Notes under the pieces: generated by a model | Told to the model about the DNA's origin: nothing | Seen by the model: only the letters and a program-made list of their open reading frames with translations | The model's database searches: none | Source: Podarcis erhardii | Lineage: Eukaryota | DNA length: 64,000 bases | Assembly (NCBI GenBank): GCA_964252035.1 | Contig: OZ176207.1 | Direction: 5' to 3' (one strand) | Shown: one piece after another, positions 51,479-64,000 of the stretch | Layout: each line of letters begins with the position of its first letter | How positions within the stretch are numbered: position 1 is the stretch's first letter | Made by a program: the position numbers and the translations under genes

Positions 51479-54289
51479 TACTTACTGTGTAATCATATTT
51501 GCAAAAAACAACTTCCAGAAAGTACCTAACCACAGCTGTTGGGGGGGGGGGGAGAAGGGCAAACTGCAGAGATTCCAAGGACTAGAAAATGAGAAAGAAG
51601 CAGGAAAAGTACACTAAAGGGAAGAGGAAGGCAGCAGCTCTTCTGGGATCCCATGAATCCCTTTTGCTTGGTGTCCGCACAACTCACTTGTCAACCACAG
51701 CTCCCAATTCACTCAGTGGCTAAAATCACTGAAAGGTGGGAGCATCCTGGTTGCCTCATTTCACCGAAATCACTTAGAAGGGTACTTGCGCAAAAAGAAC
51801 ATAGCCACAAGTAGAATGTGTGGTTTTGTTTTGTTTTTTTAAAGGTATAAATTGTAGGTATGATAGAAATTTGTTACAAGGCTTTTTTTTTAACTCTTCA
51901 GCAAAAGAACAGGATGTTGTTGATGTCATTGGGAGTCCGTGGCTGACCTTAGTTTTTAATTTGTACTAACTACCAAAGTTAGATTTTTTTTTCATTTGCA
52001 GAATATACAACTATGCTTGTGTAATATATTTGAAACCTTGGGCATTCTTTCTTACAAGAACATTTGCAACACAAGTAGAACCTTTAAAATATATATCATG
52101 TAAACACATTTTATAGGCATATAATAGACAATTCCTGCCTCTTATCTTTGTGGGATTAAACAGGCAAGAGAAAATGTAAAGAATTTGATAACACCTAGGT
52201 TATAATTAAAATATGTATTAAACAGCCTGTACTGTCTCATCTCCTAAGTTCATGAGAATGTTGTCATATGCAAGTGTAACCCATATTACAACTTCCTGAT
52301 AATAGGCTTATTTAGGTTGGAATTTTTTTTAATGGGTTGGTTCAGTCACTCTGCACTGGCAAGTGATGGTGGGGGAGGGCTGTATGCCAGGCCAAAAGTG
52401 TGTGAAATAGTGAGTTACTCAGCACTAACAAGAAGAACCACTACAAGAGAGGGGGAATTAGTGGTCCATGAACATACTTTGGATGTCTTTTCAGTTCAAT
52501 AGGTACCACCTTTGTAAAAATGCCTGTGTACAGGATAACCTCTGGGTGGTAATGAATTTGTAATAAATCTGCTGTATTTGTAGTAAAGTGCTTTAGTCAT
52601 GTTACAATGGCAAGTTTTTAAAATTATAGCATATTTTCTGATATAAAGTTTGGGACTTTGGAGCAACTTCATGGTCTTTTGTCATCCATTGCAAAGGGTC
52701 TTCAGATTCATGAGATAAATCCACTGAACTCTTTGTATGTCACAGGATTGCCATCTTTCCCTCAGGGTTGTGAGTTTCTCCCCACAGACATGCGACGTCA
52801 CACAAACATGCCTGCATGTAGTGAATGTGATGTCACACACTGCAAGCATCTGCATGTGACGTCGCACATCCGCATTGCATTAGCCAACGGCCGCCACTCC
52901 TCTTCCTCCTCCTTTCCACAGCCAAGCAAGGCACGCTTTTCCGCAGCGAGGGACTGAGAATCGGAGGCAGAGAGACTCTTCAGAGTTGATTGTTTTAAAA
53001 TAGAAAATAAAATTAATGGGTGGAATTAAACATTGCACTATTAGAATAGTTCTGTCAGCACAAACGTCTGCTTGCCCGACAGAGTACTATAACCTGCCCC
53101 CTCCCCACTCACCGTGTGCTTTTCTTAGGGTTCTCCTGACTCCCAGAGCTGATTTAGTGGGGAGCAGGGGGGAGGATGGAAGCCCCAGTTGCAATAGTGG
53201 GATTTGTTCTGGCTTCTGCTAGCACAAATGTTTCATTGAATCTGGTTAAATTAGTTAGTTGAATCTGGCTCAGTGAAGTGTGTTAATGAATAGCTTCAAC
53301 CAGATGCAGTTATGGAGGTACATATATTGCCTTCAGCTCCAAATGTAGGGATTTGGGGAAGGGGGCAGTGTCATGGGTGCCAGAGAGAGGTGGTGTCTTT
53401 AGTCAAGTAATATCGTTGTTGTGGGGAGGATTACTTAGAAACACTTTCACTTGCATCGTTGTGGAAGCAAAGAACTGGAAATCATGCTGGAACTCCTGAT
53501 ATACACTTGCTGCCCCTAAAGACATAGGCTGTTCTTATTTTCCAGATGAGACATTAAGACTAGTCTATAGTTTTGCACTTTTATCTATGGGCAACAGTTT
53601 AAAAACCAAGGCTTGCTTTTCACTATGTATATTTTGCCAACTGTTTGTATTTTCATTATCTGCACTTGGTTGATTATGGACTACACAGGCTGTGGGTTGA
53701 CCACATCGCCCTCAAGTCATATGTGGAGTCCTGTGGGAAGCGTGAAAAAGATTCAACGTTTAGCACAAGAAAATAAAACCAAGTTGTTTTGAACGGAACT
53801 GGACTGGGTTTTCTTTTCAATATGAGCCACCTTGGAATAGCCCTTGAATTAAAAAAAAAAAATTCCAAAAAGTGTAGCCAGAATCTTCAGAACACTCCCA
53901 AAAGTATTATACAACTTGTATTCATTGACAGCCAGGTTCAAATACTCTCCAAGCAGCAGAGCAGATCTTTGAAATGTGGTTTTAGAAACATGACTGCACT
54001 AGTAAGACATGGAAAAAGTTGCAAAGCTGTCACTGTCTGATCAGCTGGGGAAACAGCAGTAAGGGAGGAAAACTTCCTCTTGTACTGAATTTCAGGAAAT
54101 GGTTTCTCCCAGGCATTTTCCTCTACCTCAGAAGTTGCTCCCTAAAATTTACAAAGAATTGATCATATTTATCCACATTTACCCTTCTGCACACAGATAT
54201 TAACTATGTTCGCCACATCCCACAGCCATCTCTTTCTCTGACCTCTTTTAGGGCTGATTGGTAACATTCTGTGTGGTTGGTGTAGGTGT

Positions 54290-54425
54290 TACGGTTGCCA
54301 TATTTTGAAGAGCAAAAAAGAGGGTGCTATGACAGCTATTCAGAGCAAATAAATGCAATTTGTCTCAGATTTTACCCCTTAAAAAGAGGATGTGTCCTGG
54401 AAAAATAGGACACATGGCAACCCTA
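54290..54425. mobile_element. Short MITE with TAGGGTTGCCA-type TIRs
   Basis: tacggttgcca … tggcaacccta; no clean TSD; related degenerate ends near 49370-49700. Confidence 0.5.
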
Positions 54426-55320
54426 GCAAGCAGGATAGGATAAAGGGGGGTAATCCTCCATAGGCTATGTTTAAAATCAAGATCTTATGTTCAGCCAACT
54501 TTGTGTATGGAAAATTATTTTTTCCACATTTAAACAAATAATAAAAATAACAGGCAAAAATATGATTTAAGTATTTCATTTATAAATTGCTTCCTATAAA
54601 GCATCTTGAAACAATTTTACATCTCAAAGTGCTGAATAAAGGATATCCCCAATAAAAATTACTACAATAATATCATAGTAGTTATAGTTTGTGCAAATGG
54701 AAATTTAACATATAAGATAATATGCCAAGTTGTAACACAGCTTTGTTCTTTAGTAGCATCTGGTTGAAGTTATGGAATTGGAAATCTGACAGTGTATTTA
54801 ATAAACACCCCTGAAACTTAAAATACCATGCTTGCTTACTACTGTTTTGTCTGTCTATGTTGCCAATCTTTATGTAAATAAGAAACAGAATGCTTACAAA
54901 ATCTTTAAATCACACAAGCAATTTTAATATTGCATAACAGTAAGAAAATGTCATTTTTTTCCATGCAGTCGTTTAAAACTGACTTTTGTGTTTGCTTTAC
55001 TATAAATAGATATATTTTTATAGCTTCCTTTCCATCAGGCTAGTCAGAGAGTTGCAGTGGTTGAATATAGTCCTTTAGACCAGCAGTTCTCAAACCATTT
55101 CCCCCACAGACCACTTGAAAACCGCTGGGGATCTTGACAGACCATGGTAAACTTGCATTGGTTTTACTTCTCCATCATTATCAAAACCAGTGTCATATTA
55201 TGAAAATATAGATCCCATAGTAGGGTCTTTTAAGCTTGTTTGATAATCTGGCCTGATCGACACAGCCTCAGTCTCCACTGTTGTCAGAAGAAAAACATGC
55301 AAAGTGCAAGGCTGAGTGTA

Positions 55321-55562
55321 CAGTGGTACCTCAGGTTACATATGCTTCAGGTTACATATGCTTCAGGTTACAGACTCCGCTAACCCAGAAATAGTGCTTC
55401 AGGTTAAGAACTTTGCTTCAGGATGAGAACAGAAATCGTGCTCCGGCGGCATGGCAGCAGCGGGAGGCCCCATTAGCTAAAATGGTGCTTCAGGTTAAGA
55501 ACAGTTTCAGGTTAAGTACGGACCTCCGGAATGAATTAAGTACTTAACCTGAGGTACCACTG
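55321..55562 (+). mobile_element. Tigger/pogo-like MITE family 1, copy E
   Basis: TA TSDs; 242 bp. Confidence 0.9.
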
Positions 55563-57720
55563 TACAGATATTCTTGCAATTTTACCACAGATCACTTGAA
55601 TGGATTTCATGGGACATTAGTCCATAGACCACAGCTTAAGAACTTCTACTTTAAACTTTATAGTGTAAAGGGACACATTATTATATGTTTTATTTTGTAC
55701 TGAAATAGAGATAGATGTTGGATGGTGTGAGCACTTTAATAGTAGGGTTACAAGCTTTATGCTGCAGTCTTAGGTAGGGTGTATGTATGTGTGAAATTAT
55801 GGCAGTTCAATACTTTACTGAAGGCTACTTAATATGCATATTAACGTGATGTTGCTCTTAAATGAAAAGGATTTAGGCACTTATTAGCGTTGTTTAATAA
55901 CTCACGTGTGTTATCTGAACATATGGTATAACAAATGCTGGCTAGGTCTTCCTCTTGTGGCAAGATGAGAGACTGCACCGAGGGAGCACGGTTCATTCAT
56001 GAGCATGGAAACCGTGGCAGTGTCAAAAAAGCATACACAAATTATGTTTTCAACAGCTTTACAGCTCAGATTACTCTTACATTTTCTACCCTTTGCTTAC
56101 TTGGATATATATGTGTGTGTTTTTATTAGACCTACTTCTTAGTAATGTTTTTTAGGATTAGGATATTAAAATTTTTACCTCCTTGCAGAAAGAAAATGCT
56201 TACACAAACCAAGCCACATGCAAGTGAAACAAACCTATTTTGATAAGAGGACTATTAGAGGAAAGATTAACCTATATTATGACTTCTAATGAGCACATCC
56301 AAATTGTGCTTTTCCTCTAGCAATTTCTCTGTTTTAAATTTATTTTATTTATCTGGCCACCCAGTAATGTAAGTTCTTGTTTAAAATGTATTGTCCTCCT
56401 TCCCTCGTCCCCCTAAGTGAGGAGTGCTGTCCCCATTCAAGCATGTAATTAGCAGGGAACGAGTAAAAGTCACCTTCTCCAGTCCAGTGAGACCCACAAA
56501 TCAGTCTGTGCAGTTCACAATGTGCTACTGTAGCAAGACAGTAAGTACAAAAGGACTGAAAATCATACTGAAAGCAGGACATCTTTTATTTTAAGAAACG
56601 GGGGCCAGGATTTTGAATAAATAAAAACACCAGGAGCAAGCAAGTCAGACATATGCATATGGGGTGGGGGCTGCGGCTGCTGCAGTGGGAGGGGGAGAAG
56701 CCGGGAAGCCACTTGGCTTTAGGCAATATTGTTTCCAGACTTCTGATATGATGATTAGTGGTAGGTCCCCCCCCCCTTGCTCACACTATTCTCAAGGGAA
56801 CTTCAGAGGCTGAGGAGGACAAGGAGACATAGATGAATTCAGAAAGAGTTAACTATCAGGCATGTTTCTTCCTTGGCTGAGGAGGGCCAGGACACCAGCC
56901 ACACCCTCCCCCCCCCCCAGGCTTCACACCCTCCTTGAATGTTTTTATCTTACTTGAGGTGGGTGAGGAAAAGGAAGTTAAAATGAATCATTAAGCTTCC
57001 CCAACTCAAAAAAAGCATGCATTAGAACATAGATGCAGAAGTCTTATCACAGAAACAGTGGGTCAAATTAGTTAAAGGCAAATTCCATACACTTTATCGC
57101 AATTAATTCCAATAGGATCAATGAACAATAGACTATGAGAACATTAAATCAGCTTATACATGGTAGGTATTTGCAAAACCAGGGTCTTTTAATTTGTGAG
57201 CTGCTAAACTACCATGATATTTACCAAGATGTGTATGAACCCGAGGTGGTTTGGGGTTGTTTGGAACAAATTAGATTTTAAAAGCTGAACAGGAAACCAT
57301 TTAACCACAGAAGGGGAAATGCAGTTTATGTTCTCAAACATTTACTTCAAATCAGGAATAACAATGGTATTGCCTGAAGTTGCCTACAAATAATTTCTAA
57401 TCTTAAAAAAAAACAATTCGCAATCCTGGAATTGCAACATCTCTAATGAAATCAGTAGGCGAGGTAAATTTTTCGTAATAGGAATATCGCCATTCTGCCA
57501 CAGTTACTGACTAGAATCTGCCTGAATGGTTTTAAATCACAGCTGCCTCAGGACTGTATTGATTTCTACACTGCAGTATAAGTGGCATGTACTGAGGAAA
57601 AACTTATTATGGACCATTAAGTGGTTAAGTAAACATTCCTCAGATTAGACAATTGTTCTTTTTAACCCACACCTTATTTCAATGTAATGTTGAATTGATT
57701 CTTCCTTTCTTAATTTTCAG

Positions 57721-57800
57721 GATACTGGAGTTGGCAAATCTAGTATAGTTTGTCGATTTGTTCAGGATCATTTTGACCACAATATTAGCCCCACTATTGG
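57721..57800 (+). CDS. RAB31: RAB31 exon 2 (DTGVGKSSIVCRFVQDHFDHNISPTIG; P-loop and switch I)
   Basis: 80 nt, ttttcag acceptor and GG/gtaagt donor; completes GDTGVGKS. CRFVQDHFDHNISPTIG indicates RAB31 rather than RAB22A. Confidence 0.96.
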
Positions 57801-57810
57801 GTAAGTACTA

Positions 57811-57850
57811 TACATACATACATACATACATACATACTTTACATACATAT
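57811..57850. repeat. (TACA)n microsatellite just 3' of RAB31 exon 2
   Basis: Seen directly. Confidence 0.9.
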
Positions 57851-58424
57851 ATAATATGTTACTACAGTTTCAGTTTAGTAAATAAACAGAATTGATATAA
57901 TCCATTTATATTTCAAGTTTATGGGAAAGCTCAATACTCAACACAATAGTGGTATTGTTCATTCTTTCGAAGTGTTGTATAACGTAGAGAGCTATTAATT
58001 GAGTAAGCCTATTAACTTTCTCTTTAGGTAATGCCAGTTCCACACTATTATCCATTATGTACCTTGAATGGTTATTATTTGTTATGCAACTAGGTGGGGT
58101 TTTTTTTAGTCTAGCTTCTGGAGGATGGAATTATGGGGTTTTTAGTTATTTTATATTGAGTTTTGATGTATAAACATTAATTAGCAGTCAATTAGATCTC
58201 AGTATTAATATATTGTTTCTAGCTTCTTTCAAACCTCTATTTTATTACAATTACTTTACTGAATAGATGTATATTTTTGTCTCTTTATTTTGTTATTTAC
58301 TGCTCATTTGTGTTGGAACATAGCCATTGTCAGTAAATGCTTTGGCAGGACTTAGTATAAGTCAAGTTACAGTTCTGGGAACATGTGAAATAACCAGTGC
58401 ATCTTTGTTCATAAACACTGCATT

Positions 58425-58625
58425 TCCTTATATCCTCAGGGGGGATATATGGTACTCTTCCTCCCTATTTTATCCTCACAACAGTCCTGTGAGATACAGT
58501 AGATTAGGCTGAAAGTGAGTGACTGGCCGGAGGGCACCTTGTGAGCTTCATGGCTGAGTGGGAATTTGAACCCTGGTCTTCCAGGTCTTATTCTGGCACT
58601 CTTAACAACTGTGACACATTGGCTC
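58425..58625 (-). mobile_element. Older MIR/Squam3-like SINE
   Basis: tttatcctcacaaca.tcctgtgag…ggaatttgaaccctggtct…; similar decayed copies near 10060-10200, 18060-18230 and 22200-22310. Confidence 0.6.
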
Positions 58626-59342
58626 TCTTTTATATAGCTATGGTTTTCAGGCAGGCTTTGGCCCAGCAACTATTTTATTAAATAAAGTAATAAGAGCTCT
58701 TGGAATATAACTGATTTGTGGAAAGCCTATGGCTCTGAGCTATTTGGGTAGATGTAAAAACCCCAAAAAAACTTTTTGAAAAAATTACTGCTTAAGGCCC
58801 ATATAAGTGATTGATGTTTTTGACCTCTCTCACAACGTGGTATTAAATAGCTCTTTTATTTAGGTTTGTATATTAAGCTTTGGTTTTAATAGCATCTACA
58901 TGAGGAACATCTGAACCCAAATTATGATATTTAAAATTTACTTGCTGACAGTTCCTAGGCGTGTATCTGCTTCCAAAGATTTTATAATTCATCACATCGC
59001 CTTGGCTTTTAACAAGACAGGATAGCACAGTGTAAGTGCATGGCATGTAATTCATCTTCATTAATTTTTCCAGAACTTCAAAGCTTACCAACTATGCAAT
59101 ATATGATTTGAATTTAATGCATGCATGTTTATGTCTAGAGACAAATCTGCCAAACTGTGCTAAAAAGAAAACTTTGGAGGCTTAAAGAACGATTTTATCC
59201 TTGTGTCATGCCTGCCAGGAATTATTCTATCATTGCCCAAGTCCCTCTGTGCCAACATAGCATAGTGCTATGCTGGCAGAAAAAAATCACATTGGCATAG
59301 TAGTATCCCTTGCACTACTCAAATGAGCAGCAGTATAAGAGA

Positions 59343-59614
59343 TGTTGTTGTTGTTTCGTCATGTCCAACTCTTCGTGACCCCATGGACCAGAGCATGCCA
59401 GGCACTCCTGTCTTCCACTGCTTCCCGCAGTTTGGTCAAACTCATGTTAGTAGCTTCGAAAACACTGTCAAACCAACTCGTCCTCTGTCGTCCCCTTCTC
59501 CTTGTGCCCTCAATCTTTCCCATCATCAGGGTCTTTTCCAGGAAGTCTTCTCTTCTTATGAGGTGGCCAAAGTATTGGAGCCTCAGCTTCAGGATTTGTC
59601 CTTCCAGTGAGCAC
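59343..59614 (-). mobile_element. BovB (RTE-clade) LINE 3' fragment with (CAA)n tail
   Basis: Translation LEGQILKLRLQYFGHLIRREDFLEKTLMMGKIEGTRRRGRQRTSW…VHGVTKS is the BovB ORF C-terminus. Confidence 0.9.
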
Positions 59615-59637
59615 AATAATTCAAAGAGAGATGAGAT

Positions 59638-59968
59638 AAAAGGTAAAGGTACCCCTGCCCATACGGGCCAGTCGTGTCCGACTCTAGGGTTGTGCACCCA
59701 TCTCACTTAAGAGGCCAGCGCTGTCTGAAGACACTTCCGGGTCACGTGGCCAGCGTGACAAGCTGCATCTGGCGAGCCAGCACAGCACACGGAAACACCG
59801 TTTACCTTCCCGCTAGTAAGCGGTCCCTATTTATCTACTTGCACCCGGGGGTGCTTTCGAACTGCTAGGTTGGCAGGCGCTGGGACCGCCACGGGGATTC
59901 GAACCGCCGACCTGACGATCGGCAAGTCCTAGGCGCTGAGGTTTTACCCACAGCGCCACCCGCGTCCC
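59638..59968 (-). mobile_element. Sauria SINE
   Basis: Minus-strand 5' end GGGACGCGGGTGGCGCTGTGGGTAAAACC…GGTTCGAATCCCC (tRNA-derived A/B boxes) and 3' (ACCTTT)n tail. Confidence 0.9.
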
Positions 59969-60294
59969 TTAACTGTAAATAATTTGCCAACTTTTACTGG
60001 AACAATTTAATTTTTCTCATTGAACTGGAAGGTCATATGTTCATAATTTCATTTATTCAGAGAAAAAGCTACATGGATATAGTTCGAACTAGCAACATTC
60101 ATATAGCAACTTCTGTAAATCTTTGATTGAACATCACTGGTACTTTTATTATCTAGTGGCAGTGTTTTTCATCTGTAGTATATGTACATACCTGCCCAGG
60201 TATTAACAGTGGCCAGGTATTAAGAAATGATTTGTTGATAATATAAGAAGCTTATATTTTAAGTATTGTACTGCTTTTTCTTACAACCTTTTAG

Positions 60295-60376
60295 TGCTTC
60301 TTTCATGACTAAAACTGTGCCTTGTGGGAATGAACTTCATAAATTTCTGATCTGGGATACAGCAGGGCAAGAACGG
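60295..60376 (+). CDS. RAB31: RAB31 exon 3 (ASFMTKTVPCGNELHKFLIWDTAGQER; G3 box)
   Basis: 82 nt, cttttag acceptor and CGG/gtgagt donor. Later exons were not found in the window. Confidence 0.96.
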
Positions 60377-61507
60377 GTGAGTATGATTCCAGTATCTTTT
60401 AACTGAAGGCATTTACATGCTGTGCCTCTTTATTTTCACTAAAATATTGGGAAGTAGATATAATTGAGAATTACAATGTCAGTGAGGTATGGAGCACACA
60501 CAAAAGAGTTAAGGTGCTATGGAGGCAGGGTTAATCATTTTTTTAAAATGGGGGGTAACCTCCTTGCAACTTCCAGTTGTTAGCAAGAAAGACCTGTAAC
60601 GGCCAGGCCACAATAACTGCAATGAACAAGAGACCAAAAAAGCAGCAGTTTCACGTGCCATTTAGCTGTTTGTGCTTGTTGTTTTTCTATCCAATTAGTC
60701 AGGACCCTTATGAGAAGCACAAGGCAGTATTATCTGAAAAGAAAATTTTTCTTTTTAAATAATTTCACTGGGAGGGTTATGAGGAACCCAGGGTGGTGAA
60801 TTGACTTAGCTCAAGGGTGGCCTACAAAGGTTAGCCTACCTTCAGCCACCTGAATTATTTTTCTGGTTGTTTACTGACAACTCACACGTTGCTGTCAACG
60901 ACATCTGGGTAGACTAGCCATCAGAGAATTTGTGCTTAGTTTTTGCAAGATGTCCTGGACCCAGGGGCTACCGTACCCCTGCAAGTCATGGTGAAACTCA
61001 GGAGACAGCTTATCTTTACTCAGGTCTAATAATTATTAGCGTCTCACTATTACTTCCTACTTTCATCATCCTCATTTCCCCAAATCTCTCTTTCTCTAAA
61101 TAGCTTTTCCTCCTGGTGTGTTTAGGCCTCACTGCATTTTTCCTGGTTTTCCTAGTTCTACCTTGAATCCATAAAAGGCAATCAGCTTGCCTAATAGTTT
61201 AGGTTTATGGTCCAGATAATATATGTTTTTCTATGTTGTTACACCTGACTGTCTTCTTACTTTTATTTGTGTACTAACACTTAAAGTTGCAAAGCCGTTT
61301 CACTCTGTCTGCCATTTTGTGTTAATAAGACTTTAATCACAGTAAATTGTGTTGGTTCTTGCTCATTCTCATAAGAGGACATTACTGCATTTCTAAAGTA
61401 ATTGTGTCCCTTGCAATATTCTGTGGCATGTGGTTGTCTCCAATAAAGATTACTGAAGTGATTATTTCTTGAACATGCATGTAAGATACATTTCCATGTG
61501 TATAGAC

Positions 61508-61750
61508 CAGGGGTCAGCAAACTTTTTCAGCAGGTGGCCGGTCCACTGTCCCTCAGACGTTCTGGGGGGCCGGACTATATTTTGGAGGAAAAAAATTATG
61601 TAAGAGCACCACGAGCCCCGGTGTGTCTTGCGAGCAGCAGGGGCTAGCGGTGGTGTTGGTGGCGGAGAGACGATGAGCGGTGCGCGAAAGGGCTCCGGAG
61701 AGGGACTGCTTAAATTGACAGCTGCTTGAGTGCTGCTGCTGCTGGAAAAC
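61508..61750. mobile_element. Truncated hAT MITE
   Basis: Starts CAGGGGTCAGCAAAC, the same TIR as the 8394 element; the second TIR was not found. Confidence 0.6.
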
Positions 61751-61869
61751 ACTATTTAGCCCCATCCTCTGACTTCATCAAGCGTTGATCTTATATTATC
61801 ATCATTATTATAATTTTATTGCTTACTCCATAAAATGTGGTGACTTACAATTGTAAATATCACTGCACC

Positions 61870-62200
61870 CTAAGGGTTAGGGTCTGCATAGCTCATTTTC
61901 TTTTTTAAAAAATGAGACCTGATATTCACTGGATCCTGATGGAGGACATTCCTTTGATAGGGATGACACCTCCTACGGGTGGTGATAGGCAGGGTCCTGT
62001 CTTTTCCCTCCTTTCCAGGGGGAGGAACCAATCTTCTCTTCCCAGACTGACCCTGTTTGGTTGGTATAGATTGGGTCCACCAGCGCTCTGTAGAGACTTG
62101 TCTTCCTTTCTTTTCTTCACAGATTTCTTCAGGGGTGTTTTTGTCATTCCCCAAATTAAATCACAGATAAAGAATGAAAAATGATTTTTATAAGAGCTGA
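61870..62200 (-). mobile_element. Possible decayed L1/Tx1 ORF2 fragment
   Basis: LIWGMTKTPLKKSV..RKE…GG.PNLY…EDW..LER loosely resembles the L1 FIW.K.PR.K…GG..LPNL..Y region. The similarity is weak. Confidence 0.3.
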
Positions 62201-64000
62201 ACACCATTCAGCTTTTGTATATTTTGCTGTATAGCAGGGGTAGCCAAGGTGGTGCTGGCCACATAATCTGTTGCAGTTCACAACATCTGGATGGCAACAT
62301 GTTGGCTACTCCTGACGCAGGGCTTCACCTAAAAATTGTATTACGGTACTCCTTGATACTGATAACTAAATGTTCCTGTTGGGAGCAACAGGTAAATACA
62401 GAACTTACTTAGGCCAATATATTACTATTATTGTGATTAAGCTACTCAGTTGAACTAAATCAGTAAATACACTGAGGATCACGCTAACATTACTTTAGTC
62501 TTTACTTTAGTCTTTATGTTTTATAAACTTTTTTCCTTTGGAGATGCGAAGGAAGTTGAATGGATAAATCAAATGGTATTGAAGAGACTGGTGTATATTG
62601 TCAAGTATTCCTTCTGTCTCTCTCTCTCTTACTTATTTTAACAAAACCTATTTCCAAGTAAGTGTTTCATAAGTCTAACCATTTGCTTCTTTACTCAGAA
62701 GTAACTCCCACTGAATTCAATGGAACTTCTAGGAATACAAAGTTGTAGTTCCTAAGTTTCTCTAGAACTAAAGTTCCTATCTGTTACTGTTGTATAGAAA
62801 GAATGTATTTAATATGTGTTTTTTTTTTAGTGTGGATTAATATTTTCCACACAGTTTTCACCAGCTGGGAATGTTAGCTATTTCCTACCCCCCCCCCCCC
62901 GCACTTCTCTTATGAACCAAGCAGCTTTTCTTTCATGATAATGTGCTTGACATTTTTAGTTTTTTGAAAACAGACTTTAAATGCACACACCAATTCTTCT
63001 CCATGCTGCTGCTACGTTGCTAACCTCTAGCTTTCCAACATAGAGATGTGGATTCAAGTGTGCCTTTCTGTACATGGAAGGTGTTTATTGCTGACATTAG
63101 GAGTGCTTTATATCTCCTGCTAGGGCGTTGTGAGATAAAATGGAACTAAGTCTTCAATCCTAGGTGCAACTCCCACTGAATCTCTGTGGATTTACTTCTG
63201 AGTAGACATGTGTGGAATTGTGCTGCAGATTCCAAATATGTTCTTCAATTTGCACAAGTAAAAGCGTAAAAATTGCTAAAAGGTGGTTTGTGAAATACTG
63301 CTTGCAGCTATTTTCCTTTTGCTCATGGCTTTTTGGATCTACATAGTCCATGCCTTATAAAAAAAAATTCTAGTATTGCCCACAGGAGGGGTCTCTAGAC
63401 AAAAAGTTACACAAGTAATTCTTTGATGTCTCTTTAGAGTAGAATAATTGTAGTTCATATTTCGAAGTTCATCCACACAAACCCGAGCACTACAAATGTA
63501 TTATATACCCAGACTATTATAACCCTTTGTTTACTTGTAATTTTGTCCCTTTCTATCTTATAATAAATCTTTGTGCACTTTTCCTACTACATGTCTCTTT
63601 GTTTTTCTTTGAAGCTTGATAAACACTGAATCTACATGATTACATCCATAGACCTTTGTTAATTCTTAAGAGGGTCTCTTCTCCAGAGAGTAGCTGGAAG
63701 TGGGGAGGCAGCAAAAGGTCCACCTTTCCTTCCACTCTGCAGTTTTAATCTGAAATCTTAGGCACAGTACTGCACCCAGAGCTCAGAAACTGCTCGCACT
63801 AATGAAATTCCCTGTTGCAAAATTCACCTGGAACAATGGGAGTTTCAAACATTGACAGAAATACTTTCAAGGCTTATTCATAGAGGTCTGTTCTTGAAAT
63901 GTGACTGGTAAGTAATGGAAAGTAAAGTGCTTTTAAATAATTCACTGTTCCTTTAAGAGCAATCATCCTCTTGAAAGCTGTGGTAAAACTTGTATTGATT

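Noticed and set aside
59870-59968. tRNA-like A/B boxes here and at 3500-3565 and 43628-43690
   Set aside because: These are SINE heads; no complete cloverleaf.

Overview
Vertebrate (squamate, most likely lacertid lizard, judged from Sauria SINE, BovB and Squam3-like repeats) genomic DNA. The minus strand carries the complete 20-exon coding region of PPP4R1 (ATG at 30934, TAA at 678-680). Summed exon lengths give 2847 nt = 948 aa + stop; all introns are GT-AG and all phases join. The plus strand carries the first three coding exons of RAB31 (45998-46036, 57721-57800, 60295-60376); the rest of the gene lies beyond the window. The genes are divergent, each with a CpG island, about 15 kb apart, the same order as at human 18p11.22. 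The remainder is AT-rich intron/intergenic DNA with many non-autonomous DNA transposons (Tigger/pogo-like, Tc2-like, hAT-like), SINEs, LINE fragments (CR1, L2, BovB, possibly L1), a probable solo LTR and microsatellites. No prokaryotic-type system, CRISPR array, rRNA or tRNA gene was seen. The best lead is a stop-free, in-phase candidate alternative exon in PPP4R1 intron 13 (7413 downward). Lesser leads are upstream start-stop/uORF elements in both leaders, a cluster of inverted MITEs, and a candidate intronic terminal exon and sense-oriented LTR in RAB31 intron 1. All of these are hypotheses that need RNA-seq or alignment.
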